Virus record (IMG/VR): IMGVR_UViG_3300012953_000019
Coordinates: 1-64,000 of that record
Length of the DNA: 64,000 nucleotides
Reading direction: 5' to 3' (one strand)
From: a virus
The notes under the pieces: generated by a model
Told to the model about the DNA's origin: nothing
What the model saw: only the letters and a program-made list of their open reading frames with translations
The model's database searches: none
Shown: positions 18,777-28,206 of the stretch, in pieces
How positions within the stretch are numbered: the stretch's first letter is position 1
Layout of the letters: each line of letters starts with the position of its first letter
Translations under genes and position numbers: made by a program

Positions 18777-20038
18777 GTGATGATGTAATTTTTCCAATTA
18801 AGACTGCAACTTCTTGTCAGTTTAAATGGTCTTGGAGTACAATATTTTTATCAAAGGGTACGTCAACAAGTTGCCATAGATGTAACCACTGGGAATTTGA
18901 TTTAAGTACCATCAAAGACTTTCACAATCTTCCTGGTAAAGTGGGTGACAGAGAGAAGATGTTAGATGGCTTATGGCCAGGGAATGGTTGTGAGTATTGT
19001 AAGAAGATTGAAGATGCGGGTGGCTCCAGTGAGAGAACTGCTTGGATCAATAAGAAAGATTTGATACCACCAGAAATTGTTGCAGGTGATCTTAAAGCAA
19101 CTAAAGTTACACCACGTTTATTAGAAGTTTACTTTACCAACGTTTGTAATCAAGCGTGTACATATTGTACTCCTCAATTTAGTTCTGTTATCGAAGCAGA
19201 ATATAAAAAGCATGGACCTATTGCCGCTAACCCTAGTTATATGATACACAAAAGTGTGGATAACTATCCTCTATATCTACAAAAGTTTTGGGAATGGATG
19301 GTAGAAAATTCTCATCATCTCTATGAGTTTCAGACACTTGGTGGTGAGCCAATGTATCAAAAAGAATTCGATCAGTGTTTAGACTTCTTTGATAAACATC
19401 CTAATCCAAATCTTATTTGGAGAATCTTTAGTAACTTAAAACATGACGAAGAGAAATTTAAAAAGAAGATTCAAAAAGTAAATGATCTGATTGCTAAAAA
19501 GAAAATACGAGAGTTTCATATTGTTGCTAGTCAAGATTGTTGGGGACCACAAGCAGAGTATGCAAGATACGGAATGGACTTAAAAAATTGGGAAACAAAT
19601 TTGAGATATTGTTTATCTCAAGGTGTACCAGTTAATATACACATGACAATCAGTGCAATTACTGTACCCACTTTAGGTGATTTCATCGATAAGATTTATA
19701 GTTTACGTCAAGAATATAAAGCTGGATTGTGGATTAGTTCGAATACAATTGTTAGACCAGAATGTTTAGATCCTTATATATTTGGTGATAAAATTGCTTT
19801 CTACTTAGAAGAAGCAATCTCTAAAATTACTGATCCTAATGATAAAGAACAAAAAGAATGCTTAGAAGGCATTCTTAAAGGAATGAATACAAGTACTCTT
19901 AACGTACCACAAGTAATCGCATTTGAAAAATATTTAGATGCAATTGACTTGCGAAGAAATACAAACTGGAGAAAATTATATCCTGTTATAAGTGATATAG
20001 TAAAAGATGTTACGGAGAATATAATTGGCACTGGATGA
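18773..20038 (+). CDS. radical SAM protein with N-terminal SPASM/Twitch-like Cys cluster (paralogue 7)
   Basis: SCQFKW...SCHRC...GCEYC; CNQACTYC; LGGEP; DLRRNTNW. Confidence 0.92.
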   Translation: MSDDVIFPIKTATSCQFKWSWSTIFLSKGTSTSCHRCNHWEFDLSTIKDFHNLPGKVGDREKMLDGLWPGNGCEYCKKIEDAGGSSERTAWINKKDLIPPEIVAGDLKATKVTPRLLEVYFTNVCNQACTYCTPQFSSVIEAEYKKHGPIAANPSYMIHKSVDNYPLYLQKFWEWMVENSHHLYEFQTLGGEPMYQKEFDQCLDFFDKHPNPNLIWRIFSNLKHDEEKFKKKIQKVNDLIAKKKIREFHIVASQDCWGPQAEYARYGMDLKNWETNLRYCLSQGVPVNIHMTISAITVPTLGDFIDKIYSLRQEYKAGLWISSNTIVRPECLDPYIFGDKIAFYLEEAISKITDPNDKEQKECLEGILKGMNTSTLNVPQVIAFEKYLDAIDLRRNTNWRKLYPVISDIVKDVTENIIGTG

Positions 20039-21632
20039 TCCTTCAATATCTTTCGATCAAGGAGAAAAAATAATATCTTTGTTGGAGCATATGATCTGGT
20101 TGTTAGAAGATCAGAATTCCACAAAAGAGACTTCTTATAGAGAGTCTGGCACTTTGCCCATGCCCGCTTTTGGTAGATATGAACGTGCTGAATATCCTGA
20201 AATTTCTTTTAATGTATTCTTTGATAGATTCAAAGAAAGAATAGAGAATCCAAATGGTAATGGCAATCTTCTTTATCCACCTAATGGTAATGATAGTAAA
20301 GTTTTATATGATACTATTGCACCCCTGATGGGTGCCAACAGCGGTACTATTAGAATATATGATATTAAAGACTATGAATCTGCTTCAAAAACTTTTGGCA
20401 AAAATGATGTAAACATTTATCCGATAGATTTGTGGTTAGACTTTCCAAAAATGTTTGGTAATAGTATATCAAATATATCTGTTGAAGCAAGAGAGTTAAT
20501 TGCAGATAAAAAACTTTCCTTGTTCTTACTTCTTATGGGAGAATCTTTTGGTTGTGATGAGCACCATTGGATAAAAAAACTTTCTCAGTCGATTATAGGT
20601 CATGGACTTGCTGATAGTAAAATTGCAATTTCTTGTGCTGATTTAAAATTTAACAAAAATTATGAACAATGGTGTGAAGACAATCCTGAACTTACTAAAC
20701 AGTTTAAATTTAAGAACGTAGTTCCTTTTGAGTATTTTCAATCGTTATACTTACTGCAATATTTGAGCAGAACTGGTAGATGGATGCCAGAAGGTAAACC
20801 AGCAAAATATGCAACTGAAGGAACATTAAAACCTTTGTCTGAAGCGGAAGTAATGTTAAATGTTCCTAATTCAGACTCAAAGAAAAAAGATTTTATGTGT
20901 ATGAATGCTAGAATAAGACCACATAGAATTGCAATTGTATCAGAACTTCATAGATTAGGAATGCACGATAACTTCATTAGTTTACTATTTAGAGGTGAAT
21001 CAACAGATACTATTTTAGGCAGAGAAAAATTACATACATATATTAAAGAACAATTCTTTGAAAATGAAGAACAAGTTGAATGGTTTCAAACCATGTTTGT
21101 GAAAAATAGATTAAAAAGACGTATTATAATGGATGCCCACGAAGAAGTTATTAGCGATGATAGAATACTTAATAAGAAATATTTTGAAGAGTCTTATTTT
21201 AGTCTTGTAACCGAAACTAATTTTGGTTTACCTTTTTATGACAACCCAAAATTTGAGACTATGGGTAAGAAATCATATAATAAAACAATGTTTATTACAG
21301 AAAAAACTTTTAAGCCTCTTGCATATTTTCATCCAATACTTATGTTAGGATCTCCTGGAACTTTGGCTTTTTTACAAGCCGAAGGTTATGAGACATTTCC
21401 AGAAATGTTTGATGAGTCTTATGATTTGATGACAGATGACAAAGAAAGATTTAACGCTGTTGTTAATCAAGCATACACTTGGAGTAAAAAATCAGATGCA
21501 GATAAAAGAGAAATCTACGATAGTGTTAAGAAAAAACTACACCACAATCATGAACATTTTATAGGCAAATATAATAACTTGAAAAGAAGACAGACTAATT
21601 ATTTTAGATATATTGGAGGAGTACTCAGATGA
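20025..21632 (+). CDS. putative GT-B-fold glycosyltransferase (GT10-like TEK motif), paralogue A
   Basis: FMCMNARIRPHR; SYFSLVTET...ITEKTFKP...GYETFPEMFDESYD. Confidence 0.5.
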   Translation: MALDDPSISFDQGEKIISLLEHMIWLLEDQNSTKETSYRESGTLPMPAFGRYERAEYPEISFNVFFDRFKERIENPNGNGNLLYPPNGNDSKVLYDTIAPLMGANSGTIRIYDIKDYESASKTFGKNDVNIYPIDLWLDFPKMFGNSISNISVEARELIADKKLSLFLLLMGESFGCDEHHWIKKLSQSIIGHGLADSKIAISCADLKFNKNYEQWCEDNPELTKQFKFKNVVPFEYFQSLYLLQYLSRTGRWMPEGKPAKYATEGTLKPLSEAEVMLNVPNSDSKKKDFMCMNARIRPHRIAIVSELHRLGMHDNFISLLFRGESTDTILGREKLHTYIKEQFFENEEQVEWFQTMFVKNRLKRRIIMDAHEEVISDDRILNKKYFEESYFSLVTETNFGLPFYDNPKFETMGKKSYNKTMFITEKTFKPLAYFHPILMLGSPGTLAFLQAEGYETFPEMFDESYDLMTDDKERFNAVVNQAYTWSKKSDADKREIYDSVKKKLHHNHEHFIGKYNNLKRRQTNYFRYIGGVLR

Positions 21633-22774
21633 GAATTGGGTTTATTGGTTTTGGTAAATTGGGTCAGCCATGCGGAGAAGTAATTTCAGAAAAAGGACAT
21701 GATGTAGTTGCATATGATGTAGCCGATATAGACACCACTGTAGAAATGAGAGATTCTATAGAAGAGACTGTTAAAGATAGAAATATTGTATTCATTGCTG
21801 TACCTACACCACACGATCCAGCATATGATGGTAGCGCACCAACATATCATTTACCACCAAAAGACTTTTCATATGACATTGTAATTGATGTTATAAAAGA
21901 AGCAAACAAACACATGAATAAAGATCAATTATTGGTTCTTATAAGCACTGTGTTGCCGGGTACTGTACGTAGAGAGTTTGTACCATTAGTTACTAACACT
22001 AGGTTTGTATATAATCCATATTTGATTGCTATGGGTACAGTGGCGTGGGATATGGTAAATCCAGAAATGGTAATGATAGGAACAGAAACGGGAGAGACAA
22101 CAAAAGAAGCTGGTGAACTTATTTACTTTTATGCGACTATTATGGAAAATGATCCTCGCTATGTTGTCGGTACTTGGGATGAGTGTGAATGTATTAAAGT
22201 ATTTTACAATACGTTTATTAGTGCCAAGATCGGTCTTGTAAATATGATACAAGATGTTGCAGAAACACAGGGCAATATTAATGTAGACGTTGTTACTGAT
22301 GCACTCAAAGATAGTACTCAAAGAATTATGGGTCCGTCTTACATGAAAGCTGGAATGGGAGATGGTGGTGCTTGTCACCCAAGAGATAATATTGCACTAA
22401 GATATATGGCAAATGATTTAAATTTGAACTACGATCTTTTTGCAGAAATAATGAAAGCAAGAGATATGCAAGCATCGAATATGGCATCGTCTATACTTAA
22501 TTTTGGAGATAAGATTTACTTTACTTCAGACAGTTACAAACCAGGTGTTTCATATACTGCGGGTAGTTACAGTCTATTAGTACAAGAGTATGTGAAAGAA
22601 CTGGAAGGTGAAATAGTAAATGATATTACAGAAGCAGATGTCATTGTTCTTGTACACCCAGAAGAAACTACAGCAGAAGAACTTGGCAAATACCAAGTTA
22701 TATTTGATCCGTGGAGAAAATTTAAAAGCGATACAAACGAAGTAGTACATTATGGTAATACGAGAATGCAATGA
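21629..22774 (+). CDS. ugd: UDP-glucose/GDP-mannose 6-dehydrogenase family protein
   Basis: GFIGFGKLG Rossmann motif, FIAVPTP, STVLPGT, KVFYNTF, catalytic GDGGACHPRD. Confidence 0.9.
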   Translation: MRIGFIGFGKLGQPCGEVISEKGHDVVAYDVADIDTTVEMRDSIEETVKDRNIVFIAVPTPHDPAYDGSAPTYHLPPKDFSYDIVIDVIKEANKHMNKDQLLVLISTVLPGTVRREFVPLVTNTRFVYNPYLIAMGTVAWDMVNPEMVMIGTETGETTKEAGELIYFYATIMENDPRYVVGTWDECECIKVFYNTFISAKIGLVNMIQDVAETQGNINVDVVTDALKDSTQRIMGPSYMKAGMGDGGACHPRDNIALRYMANDLNLNYDLFAEIMKARDMQASNMASSILNFGDKIYFTSDSYKPGVSYTAGSYSLLVQEYVKELEGEIVNDITEADVIVLVHPEETTAEELGKYQVIFDPWRKFKSDTNEVVHYGNTRMQ

Positions 22775-23541
22775 CTCTTGAGCAAAAAATAAAAGACTAT
22801 TGGAATGCTCAACCCTGTAATATCAATCATAGTAAAGAACCTTTCGGTACTGTAGAATACTTTGACAGTGTAACCACTAAACGCTACAAAGCTGAACCAC
22901 ATATATTAGATTTTGCGGGGTTTCATCTGTGGCGAGGCAAACGTGTTTTAGAAGTAGGATGTGGTATTGGAACTGATGCAGAGCAGTTTATGCGACACGG
23001 AGCAGAATATACTGGCATTGATATCAGTGACGAAAGTTTGCGTATTTGTGAACAACGGATTAATGTACAAGGATTAAAGGGTAAGTTTATTAATCGAAGT
23101 GCTACTGAAAATTTGGAAACCCTTGGCAAGTTTGATTTAGTATATAGCTATGGTGTATTACATCATTATCCAAACATAGAACAATCTATACAAAACATTC
23201 ATGATGTGATCAATCCTAATGGTGAATTTAGATTTATGGTGTATGCTAAGGACAGTTGGAAATATTCTATGATTCGTAAAGGATTGGATCAGTTTGAAGC
23301 CCAAGCAAATTGTCCATATGCTGAAGCATTCACGAAGAATGAAATAGAACTCTTATTGAAAGATGACTCTTGGAAAATTGAAAGGTTGCGTCAAGCACAT
23401 TGTTTCATGTATAATGTAGAGAAGTACAAAAAAGGAATTTTTGAATTTGAACCATGGTTTGAATCAATGTCTGAAGTTATGCGTGAAGCAGTAAGAGAGT
23501 ACCTAGGTTGGCACCTTCTTGTTAAAACACGTAGGATTTAA
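22771..23541 (+). CDS. class I SAM-dependent methyltransferase
   Basis: VLEVGCGIG, TGIDIS, FDLVYSYGVLHH. Confidence 0.9.
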   Translation: MTLEQKIKDYWNAQPCNINHSKEPFGTVEYFDSVTTKRYKAEPHILDFAGFHLWRGKRVLEVGCGIGTDAEQFMRHGAEYTGIDISDESLRICEQRINVQGLKGKFINRSATENLETLGKFDLVYSYGVLHHYPNIEQSIQNIHDVINPNGEFRFMVYAKDSWKYSMIRKGLDQFEAQANCPYAEAFTKNEIELLLKDDSWKIERLRQAHCFMYNVEKYKKGIFEFEPWFESMSEVMREAVREYLGWHLLVKTRRI

Positions 23542-23542
23542 A

Positions 23543-24793
23543 ATGAAAAAAATAATTTTTTGGTATGATAAACAGGATAGAGTTAATTCATGGATTCCCC
23601 AATATGATGATTGGTTAAAAGCATCACCTGCCTTTGATGAAGCCTCTTATGATTATTGGCACAAATGTTTGGGTATAGTAGATTACGTTGAGCCTTTAAG
23701 TGAACATCTTGATATAGAAACTCGTTTGTTATCAGATTGGGAAGAAAATGATTACTTGAACGTCTATGTACTTTCTATACAGCAACTTATTATCTCTAAC
23801 TATAACGGTATGGGAACTATCATTGATACTATACCTTATAATACACAGCAACTTTTAAGAGACAAAAAATTAAAGTTGTTGATACTAAATCATAGAGAAG
23901 GATGGCCAGCAGAGAAGTTTTTACCTTCAATACAAGTACATCTTGATTATAACAATATGCAAGATATTGATGCTTATGTTTTTACTGCTAACTTAAAAGT
24001 AGACGAGAAAATTTGGGCAAGAGATGGTATAAAAAGAATATTTAATGTATCAGAGTTTGAAAACATTTCTTTACGACAAAATGAAACAAACGCAGAACAT
24101 AAAAATCAAGAAAAACAAAATGATTATATTGCTTTAAATAGGATTGTTAGAACACATCGAATGGCATTATATAGTGAACTTGATAGACTACAACTTCTTG
24201 ACAAAGGTGCTTTTAGTTTTTTAGGAGAATCTTACTTAAATAAATATCCCAGTGATATTGTAGAAGCAGATAAAGAAGATTATGTTGAAATTAATAAGTT
24301 GTTAAATGGTGCTCAGTTAGATTACTTTGATGAATTTGAAATGAAAAAGCGCACAGTTGATTCGGCATATTTCTTTTCAAATGATCCTGTTAATTTATAC
24401 AACACATCATATATTAACTTAATCACAGAAACTCATTTTATGGAAAACTCTGGGTTTTTAACAGAGAAAATTTTTAAGTCTTTTGTTCACTATAAACCAT
24501 TTTTATTAATGGGTGAACATGGTAGTTTATCTAGATTGAGAGATATGGGATATCATACCTTTCCTGAATTGTTTGACGAGTCTTATGATAACATCTTAAA
24601 TCCAGCAGAACGTTTTAATGCGGTAATAAATCAACTCAGAAACTGGTGCGCTAAATCAAAAGACGAAAAAGATGAGTTGATTAACAAAGTCGAAAACAAA
24701 GTTATTTACAATCATGATTTATTTTTTAGCGAAAAAAATATAGATGATAAAGTAAAAGAAAACAAATCAATGTTTGAACAAATGGAGAAATAA
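23543..24793 (+). CDS. putative GT-B-fold glycosyltransferase (GT10-like TEK motif), paralogue B
   Basis: YIALNRIVRTHR; SYINLITET...LTEKIFKS...GYHTFPELFDESYD. Confidence 0.5.
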   Translation: MKKIIFWYDKQDRVNSWIPQYDDWLKASPAFDEASYDYWHKCLGIVDYVEPLSEHLDIETRLLSDWEENDYLNVYVLSIQQLIISNYNGMGTIIDTIPYNTQQLLRDKKLKLLILNHREGWPAEKFLPSIQVHLDYNNMQDIDAYVFTANLKVDEKIWARDGIKRIFNVSEFENISLRQNETNAEHKNQEKQNDYIALNRIVRTHRMALYSELDRLQLLDKGAFSFLGESYLNKYPSDIVEADKEDYVEINKLLNGAQLDYFDEFEMKKRTVDSAYFFSNDPVNLYNTSYINLITETHFMENSGFLTEKIFKSFVHYKPFLLMGEHGSLSRLRDMGYHTFPELFDESYDNILNPAERFNAVINQLRNWCAKSKDEKDELINKVENKVIYNHDLFFSEKNIDDKVKENKSMFEQMEK

Positions 24794-24794
24794 A

Positions 24795-24908
24795 ATGAAA
24801 GCAATCTGGGACAAAATTAGAGCGCCTTATTTGAGATGGAAACTCAAAAGAGAATATAGAAAGCGTATTAAAGAACTACAAGAAAGAGATCCTTTTATAT
24901 ATGACTAA
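24795..24908 (+). CDS. 37-aa basic peptide MKAIWDKIRAPYLRWKLKREYRKRIKELQERDPFIYD (not in the ORF track)
   Basis: Translated by hand; GGAGA SD upstream; fills the gap and overlaps the carbamoyltransferase start. Confidence 0.65.
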   Translation: MKAIWDKIRAPYLRWKLKREYRKRIKELQERDPFIYD

Positions 24909-26325
24909 TAGAGTTGAATGGGGTATTAGTGCAGGTACGCATGATGCTTCTATTACTGTAATGCGTGGTGATGAAATATTATTTGCATCTCATTCTGAAA
25001 GATACAGTAGATTAAAGAACGACAAAGATTTGGATGATAGTCTTATAACGTCGGCACTCAAGTGGGGTAAGCCGGATATTGTTTACTGGTACGAAAATCC
25101 ATTATTAAAATGGACAAGAAAGAAATGGGCAAAACAACCTAGGGCGTGGTTAAGTCCTACAAAATATTTGAAACAATATGGTATTACTGCTCCTGTAAAA
25201 TGGGGCAATCATCATAGAAGTCATATGGCAGCCGGATATTATACTAGACCATTTAGTGATTGTGCTACTCTTGTTATAGATGCTATAGGTGAGTGGACTA
25301 CTACAAGTATTTGGAATAATGAACAGCTAGTTTGGTCTGATAGTTATCCTAAATCTTTTGGACTATTCTATTCTGCATTTACAAGTAGAATAGGACTAAA
25401 GCCAAACGAAGACGAATATATTCTTATGGGTATGGCAGCCTATGGTAATCCTATGAGATTTCATTCAGATGTATTAGAAATATGGTATTCTGATATTAAC
25501 TTACACAAAGGTCTTTCTTGGTGGATGCCAGAACTTAAAGAAGAAGATTATTTCGATGTAGCCGCGGCTGTACAAGCTGTTTATGAATCTCAGTTTAAGA
25601 TGATGCTACAAAAAGTAAAAAGAATTACAAATCAAAATAAATTGGTGTTTATGGGTGGGTGCGCTTTAAACTGTCTCGCAAATAGGTTTATACCAGATTA
25701 CTTTAAAGATCACTGGATAATGCCTAATCCAGGAGATGCTGGATCATCACTGGGTGCTATTCTTGCACATAAAAAGAAAGTTGTGCCATTTACTGTTTAT
25801 ACAGGTCACACAATATATGGTAAATACCCAGTAATAAATCTACTCAAAGAATTAAAAGAAACTGGTATTGTTGGTGTTGCACACGGTAAAGCAGAGTTTG
25901 GTCCCAGAGCATTGGGTAATAGAAGTTTACTTGCTGACCCAAGAGGCAAAGAAATGCAAGATAAAGTAAATAAGATTAAACAGCGCCAAGAGTTTAGACC
26001 ATTTGCGCCTATAGTGAAACAAGAAAATGCAAGCAGATGTTTTGATGTAGATACTAGTTTTCATTCTCCTTATATGCAACACGTGGTTAAATGTAAAGAT
26101 CCTGATAAGTACCCCGCAATTGTGCATAAAGATGGAACTAGTAGAGTGCAGACTGTCACTAAAAAATCTCATAGAGGATTATATGATCTATTGACAAGGT
26201 GGGAAAGAGATACTGGTTGCCCATTATTATTGAATACAAGTTTAAATATAAAAGGTATGCCTATTGTAAACTCAAGATCAGATGCAATAGATTTTGAAAC
26301 TGAATATGATGTACGAGTTTTTTAA
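24901..26325 (+). CDS. O-carbamoyltransferase (NodU/CmcH/TobZ family)
   Basis: HDAS, HHRSH, DAIGE, GEFGPRALGNRS-like EFGPRALGNRSLLADP, RPFAP, VHKDGTSRVQTV, LLNTSLN. Confidence 0.93.
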   Translation: MTNRVEWGISAGTHDASITVMRGDEILFASHSERYSRLKNDKDLDDSLITSALKWGKPDIVYWYENPLLKWTRKKWAKQPRAWLSPTKYLKQYGITAPVKWGNHHRSHMAAGYYTRPFSDCATLVIDAIGEWTTTSIWNNEQLVWSDSYPKSFGLFYSAFTSRIGLKPNEDEYILMGMAAYGNPMRFHSDVLEIWYSDINLHKGLSWWMPELKEEDYFDVAAAVQAVYESQFKMMLQKVKRITNQNKLVFMGGCALNCLANRFIPDYFKDHWIMPNPGDAGSSLGAILAHKKKVVPFTVYTGHTIYGKYPVINLLKELKETGIVGVAHGKAEFGPRALGNRSLLADPRGKEMQDKVNKIKQRQEFRPFAPIVKQENASRCFDVDTSFHSPYMQHVVKCKDPDKYPAIVHKDGTSRVQTVTKKSHRGLYDLLTRWERDTGCPLLLNTSLNIKGMPIVNSRSDAIDFETEYDVRVF

Positions 26326-27026
26326 TGAAAATATTAGTTGCGGGTGACAGTTGGACTCATGGCTGGAATGTAGAACATTCTTGGTGGCATTATTTAGATG
26401 AAACTGATATAACTTCTGTTGCCATGTCCGGTGATAGTAACTCAATTATTTCTCAAGAAGTACGTGCGGCTGTTAGACAGTCACACTATGATCTTGTAAT
26501 TGTAGGATGGTCAAGTATGCTACGAGTTCAAGATAGTCGAGGTGATCCCGCAGTTTGGTGGGCAAAAAATATTGACGAGGATGGTTCTAAAGAATTAGAT
26601 GATTTATATCGTAACAACTCTTTGGATTATTTTCAAAATAAAATGTATGAACACATTCAACAAGTAGAATCTCTACAAACTAAAGTACTACACTTTTCTG
26701 TTTTTGGCGACAATCTTGGTAATGTCAAACATAAAATGAATATGTCTTTTTTAGAATATCTTGCGAATGACAACGGTTATAAATTCATATATAATGTTCC
26801 AACTTTTGAATTTGGTTTACTATCACATGAAAGAGAAGAAATATCAAAGATGTTGTTTAGTACAAAAGAAGATGTATATCCAACTTGGGAACTTGCTCTT
26901 TTTGAAAGAGACAAAATACAATTAGATTTTCCTAAAACCAATAACTTTCAACACTGTGGTCATCCTAGTGAGAAAGGACATAAATTGTGGGGCGCAGAAA
27001 TTAACGATGCAATTCGATCATTATAA
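26325..27026 (+). CDS. SGNH/GDSL-fold protein
   Basis: LVAGDSWTHG, SGDSN, IVGWSS..R, GHPSEKGH. Confidence 0.7.
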   Translation: MKILVAGDSWTHGWNVEHSWWHYLDETDITSVAMSGDSNSIISQEVRAAVRQSHYDLVIVGWSSMLRVQDSRGDPAVWWAKNIDEDGSKELDDLYRNNSLDYFQNKMYEHIQQVESLQTKVLHFSVFGDNLGNVKHKMNMSFLEYLANDNGYKFIYNVPTFEFGLLSHEREEISKMLFSTKEDVYPTWELALFERDKIQLDFPKTNNFQHCGHPSEKGHKLWGAEINDAIRSL

Positions 27027-28206
27027 TTTTGTATCATGTATATACAACGATGTTGAAACTATATTTGTTCACAATAAAGAAACTTTGGGTAATCATTATC
27101 TAGATGATAGACCAGTAGAAGAACAATATCACTGGCTTGTAGATAATGCTTTTAACTTTCAGAGTGACACTATGATAGTGTACATTAAAGGTTACAAGTA
27201 TAGCAATGGTCATTCCACTATTGTCAATCACATTAAAAAATGTTCTCCTAAAAAATTAATTGTATTTAATGATGATGCACATACACCATGGCAAGAACTT
27301 GATCTTGTTATAGATGAATTAAAAGGTAAGACTCATGAGGGTCTTCTTATTTCATACTTGATTGCAGAATCTTGTATAGAAGATTATCAGATATACGACT
27401 GTGAATATGGGGCTTTAAGCTACTACCACAGCAATATAGAAGCCGATAGGTACCATTACTATAATATTTGGACACATTCATATGCACCACACTCTCATAA
27501 TTTACTTAGAGAGTATAAACCCACTAAAGATATGCTTTACAAACTGTGTTGTTGTAGTAAAAAGCCTGATGTACATAGAGCGTTGGCAGCCATCTGTTTG
27601 GTAGATAGAGAAGATGTCAAACTAACTTATTATGAAAAACATAGATTTCAAGAACTAGAGAGAATGATATCTTTTACGAATACTGATAAAGTTTTAAATC
27701 CTCCATTACCTACATATAAGACTTTACCAGAAAAATATAAAACTCTTATTCAGAATAACTATAAGAAGTTTTTAGAATCAGATTTAACTTGGGATGTAGG
27801 TAATATTAGTGATATAGCAGGACATGAACAAATTAAAACTATTTCTCTTTCTAGAGACTCGTTTCTTACAGTTGTTCCAGAAACTTTATGGGATACTAGT
27901 ACTAGATTTTGGTCAGAAAAAACTTTAAAGCCTATGTTAATGAAAAGACCATTTGTTCTTTTAGCTCCAGCAAAAACATTGGACAAAGTTAGACGATTGG
28001 GATTTCAGACTTTTGGTAATTATTGGGACGAGTCTTATGATGAAGAATTAGATCATGGTAAAAGATTTGCTATGGTAATGGACATAGCAAACGATATATT
28101 AAAAAAAGATTGGGACGAATTATTGTTCTTGTTAAATGATATGGAAGGAATACTAGAACATAATAGAAAACAAGTTTGGAATTTATCTAATAGGAAATTA
28201 ATTTAA
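27007..28206 (+). CDS. putative GT-B-fold glycosyltransferase (GT10-like SEK motif), paralogue C
   Basis: CCSKKPDVHR; SFLTVVPET...WSEKTLKP...GFQTFGNYWDESYD. Confidence 0.5.
   Translation: MQFDHYNFVSCIYNDVETIFVHNKETLGNHYLDDRPVEEQYHWLVDNAFNFQSDTMIVYIKGYKYSNGHSTIVNHIKKCSPKKLIVFNDDAHTPWQELDLVIDELKGKTHEGLLISYLIAESCIEDYQIYDCEYGALSYYHSNIEADRYHYYNIWTHSYAPHSHNLLREYKPTKDMLYKLCCCSKKPDVHRALAAICLVDREDVKLTYYEKHRFQELERMISFTNTDKVLNPPLPTYKTLPEKYKTLIQNNYKKFLESDLTWDVGNISDIAGHEQIKTISLSRDSFLTVVPETLWDTSTRFWSEKTLKPMLMKRPFVLLAPAKTLDKVRRLGFQTFGNYWDESYDEELDHGKRFAMVMDIANDILKKDWDELLFLLNDMEGILEHNRKQVWNLSNRKLI

Noticed and set aside
10110-20038. RiPP precursor peptide for the radical SAM array
   Set aside because: Genes overlap end to end, leaving no intergenic room. 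The small ORFs (12816-13043, 24795-24908) lack leader/core or repeated-core structure, and no PqqD/RRE, peptidase or transporter was seen. A precursor outside the window is not excluded.
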